The notes under the pieces are model-generated. The model saw only the letters and a program-made list of their open reading frames with translations. It made no database searches and had not been told where the DNA came from. The position numbers and the translations under genes are program-made. This document shows, piece by piece, positions 7,550 through 8,535 of a DNA stretch of 8,535 bases; within the stretch, counting starts at the first letter, position 1; each line of letters begins with the position of its first letter. Source of the stretch: Naegleria gruberi (taxonomy: Eukaryota); the NCBI GenBank assembly GCA_000004985.1, contig GG739063.1; one strand, 5' to 3'.

Positions 7550-8187
7550 AAATTAATTATCAATGTGGAAGAGTAATGGTTTCTAATAACAATATGTGGA
7601 ATACTGATAATGATACAACATACTGTCTTTCTGATAATGAATCTAAAGCCTTAATGGAAAGAATTCAATTTTTTATCACACCAAATGGTGGTGAAGACAC
7701 ATTCAACATTAAATTGTCACCAGCCTCTCCTAAATATAATCACACAAGAGTCAAGGAAGCCAAGACATTAATAGAAAGAAGTGTGGTAGCAAGAATGAAT
7801 CCTGATTCAGCAAGAAATGTAACTTGGAGACAGAATTTATGTTTTACACTTCCATTTGGTCCAATTTCAGATTTATTCTTCTCTCAGTTAACTCAATCCA
7901 AACCATCATCTGTTAAACTTACATCTAAGTATTACTATATGGAAGGCAAATCCTCTAAAGGTTTGAAACTTGATACAAAAGTGTATGTATGGGATGAAGA
8001 TAATATGCCAAGTTTAAAATCTGAACATTGGTTTTTGAAAAAGTGGAATGGGAAGAATGATACGTTTCGAGCTAGATGTATTCAGTTTACTTTAACTTAC
8101 AGGCCTCAACTCGACATTATTCGTGTCGAATTTAAATATACAACTCAAAAGTGGAACAATATTCTACAAGCTTGGCAAGATATGTAA
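7550..8187 (+). CDS. Terminal exon and core ORF of an unknown protein of about 212 aa. It is part of the tracked ORF 7456..8187. The acceptor is TTTAG| at 7548..7549.
   Basis: The frame is open to TAA 8185..8187. It reads (K)INYQCGRVMVSNNNMWNTDNDTTYCLSDNESKALMERIQFFITPNGGEDTFNIKLSPASPKYNHTRVKEAKTLIERSVVARMNPDSARNVTWRQNLCFTLPFGPISDLFFSQLTQSKPSSVKLTSKYYYMEGKSSKGLKLDTKVYVWDEDNMPSLKSEHWFLKKWNGKNDTFRARCIQFTLTYRPQLDIIRVEFKYTTQKWNNILQAWQDM*. I recognise no conserved domain. The leading part of the tracked ORF, MKAFSYLALLTQPSPPSKYFLFKFKFIIYNLE, looks like translated intron. An AATAAA lies just 3' of the stop at 8198..8203. Confidence 0.65.
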
Positions 8188-8279
8188 GATGTAAGTAATA
8201 AATCTTCATACCAAAACTCAAATATCCTTAATTGAAATTTCAAGTTGTCGAATCAAGGATCCAATTAAGATGTTGGCAG

Positions 8280-8305
8280 CCCGCCAAAAGTTAAACCCGC
8301 CAAAA
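8280..8305. repeat. Short direct repeat CCCGCCAAAA at 8280..8289 and 8296..8305. It forms a GC-rich island about 35 to 60 bp upstream of ATG 8338.
   Basis: Read directly from the sequence. It is followed by the near-palindrome CCAAAATTTGG at 8300..8310. Confidence 0.5.
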
Positions 8306-8337
8306 TTTGGGCATTTTGAAACTAAAAAAAATAGAGG

Positions 8338-8535
8338 ATGGTACCACCAAGAAACCGTCCATCAGAATCAATATTAACAAGACGAACAAGACGTTCCACT
8401 TGTGAGGCTTTGGAGGCAAATTATGTTAGACCAAACAATAATGCTTACTTCACGGACCAGTATGAGAAAGTTCCGTATGTAGTTAGGTCTGAAGTAGACA
8501 CACAAATGTTGAATTGTTGGTTTACTGTTTTCTTT
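8338..8535 (+). CDS. Possible 5' part of a plus-strand gene that continues beyond the window end, with 66 codons open and no stop
   Basis: ATG 8338 immediately follows an in-frame TAG at 8332..8334. It reads MVPPRNRPSESILTRRTRRSTCEALEANYVRPNNNAYFTDQYEKVPYVVRSEVDTQMLNCWFTVFF... A stop-free run of 66 codons is unlikely by chance in AT-rich DNA, at roughly 2%. A GTATGT at 8474..8479 lies inside it and could be a donor. I recognise no family. Confidence 0.3.
   Translation, partial: MVPPRNRPSESILTRRTRRSTCEALEANYVRPNNNAYFTDQYEKVPYVVRSEVDTQMLNCWFTVFF

Noticed and set aside
1-8535. A prokaryotic defence, toxin-antitoxin or phage-like system
   Set aside because: All readable features are eukaryotic: a Pol III tRNA without CCA, spliceosomal donor motifs, TATA and A-rich leaders, and a Sec14 family gene. 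No operon-like organisation is present in the visible 3.6 kb.

Overview
This window is eukaryotic nuclear DNA, about 65% A+T, and most likely from an ascomycete yeast. The tRNA gene has no encoded CCA and is followed by an oligo-T RNA polymerase III terminator. Codon usage is yeast-like (AGA, CCA, GGT, TTA/TTG). Likely splice donors read GTATGT or GTAAGT, and the 5' leaders are A/C-rich and G-poor. Bases 1738..6631 (4894 nt, 57% of the window) are N, so only about 3.6 kb of sequence can be read. The two giant ORFs in the track (1655..6652, 1677..6644 and 1733..6847) are artefacts of translating N as X.

Five things can be read from the real sequence.
(1) A minus-strand CDS at 879..1 encodes the N-terminal 293 codons of a Sec14/CRAL-TRIO phosphatidylinositol transfer protein of the Pdr16/Pdr17 type. 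It runs off the left edge of the window.
(2) An intronless tRNA-Ser(GCU) lies on the minus strand at 1480..1560, with intact A and B boxes and a T-run terminator.
(3) ORF fragments abut both edges of the N-run. The stronger one is a minus-strand N-terminus that starts at 6847.
(4) A divergent intergenic promoter at 6848..7116 carries a perfect 26-bp direct repeat and a cluster of CACAACA(CA)TG motifs.
(5) A plus-strand gene of unknown function ends at 8187. I model it as three exons (7117..7201, 7290..7424, 7550..8187) joined across a GTAGGT donor and a GTATGT donor with phase-consistent acceptors. A further open frame at 8338..8535 continues past the right edge.

I see no prokaryotic-style defence or mobile system. 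The unresolved 4.9-kb gap and the multi-intron gene are the parts most worth a second look.
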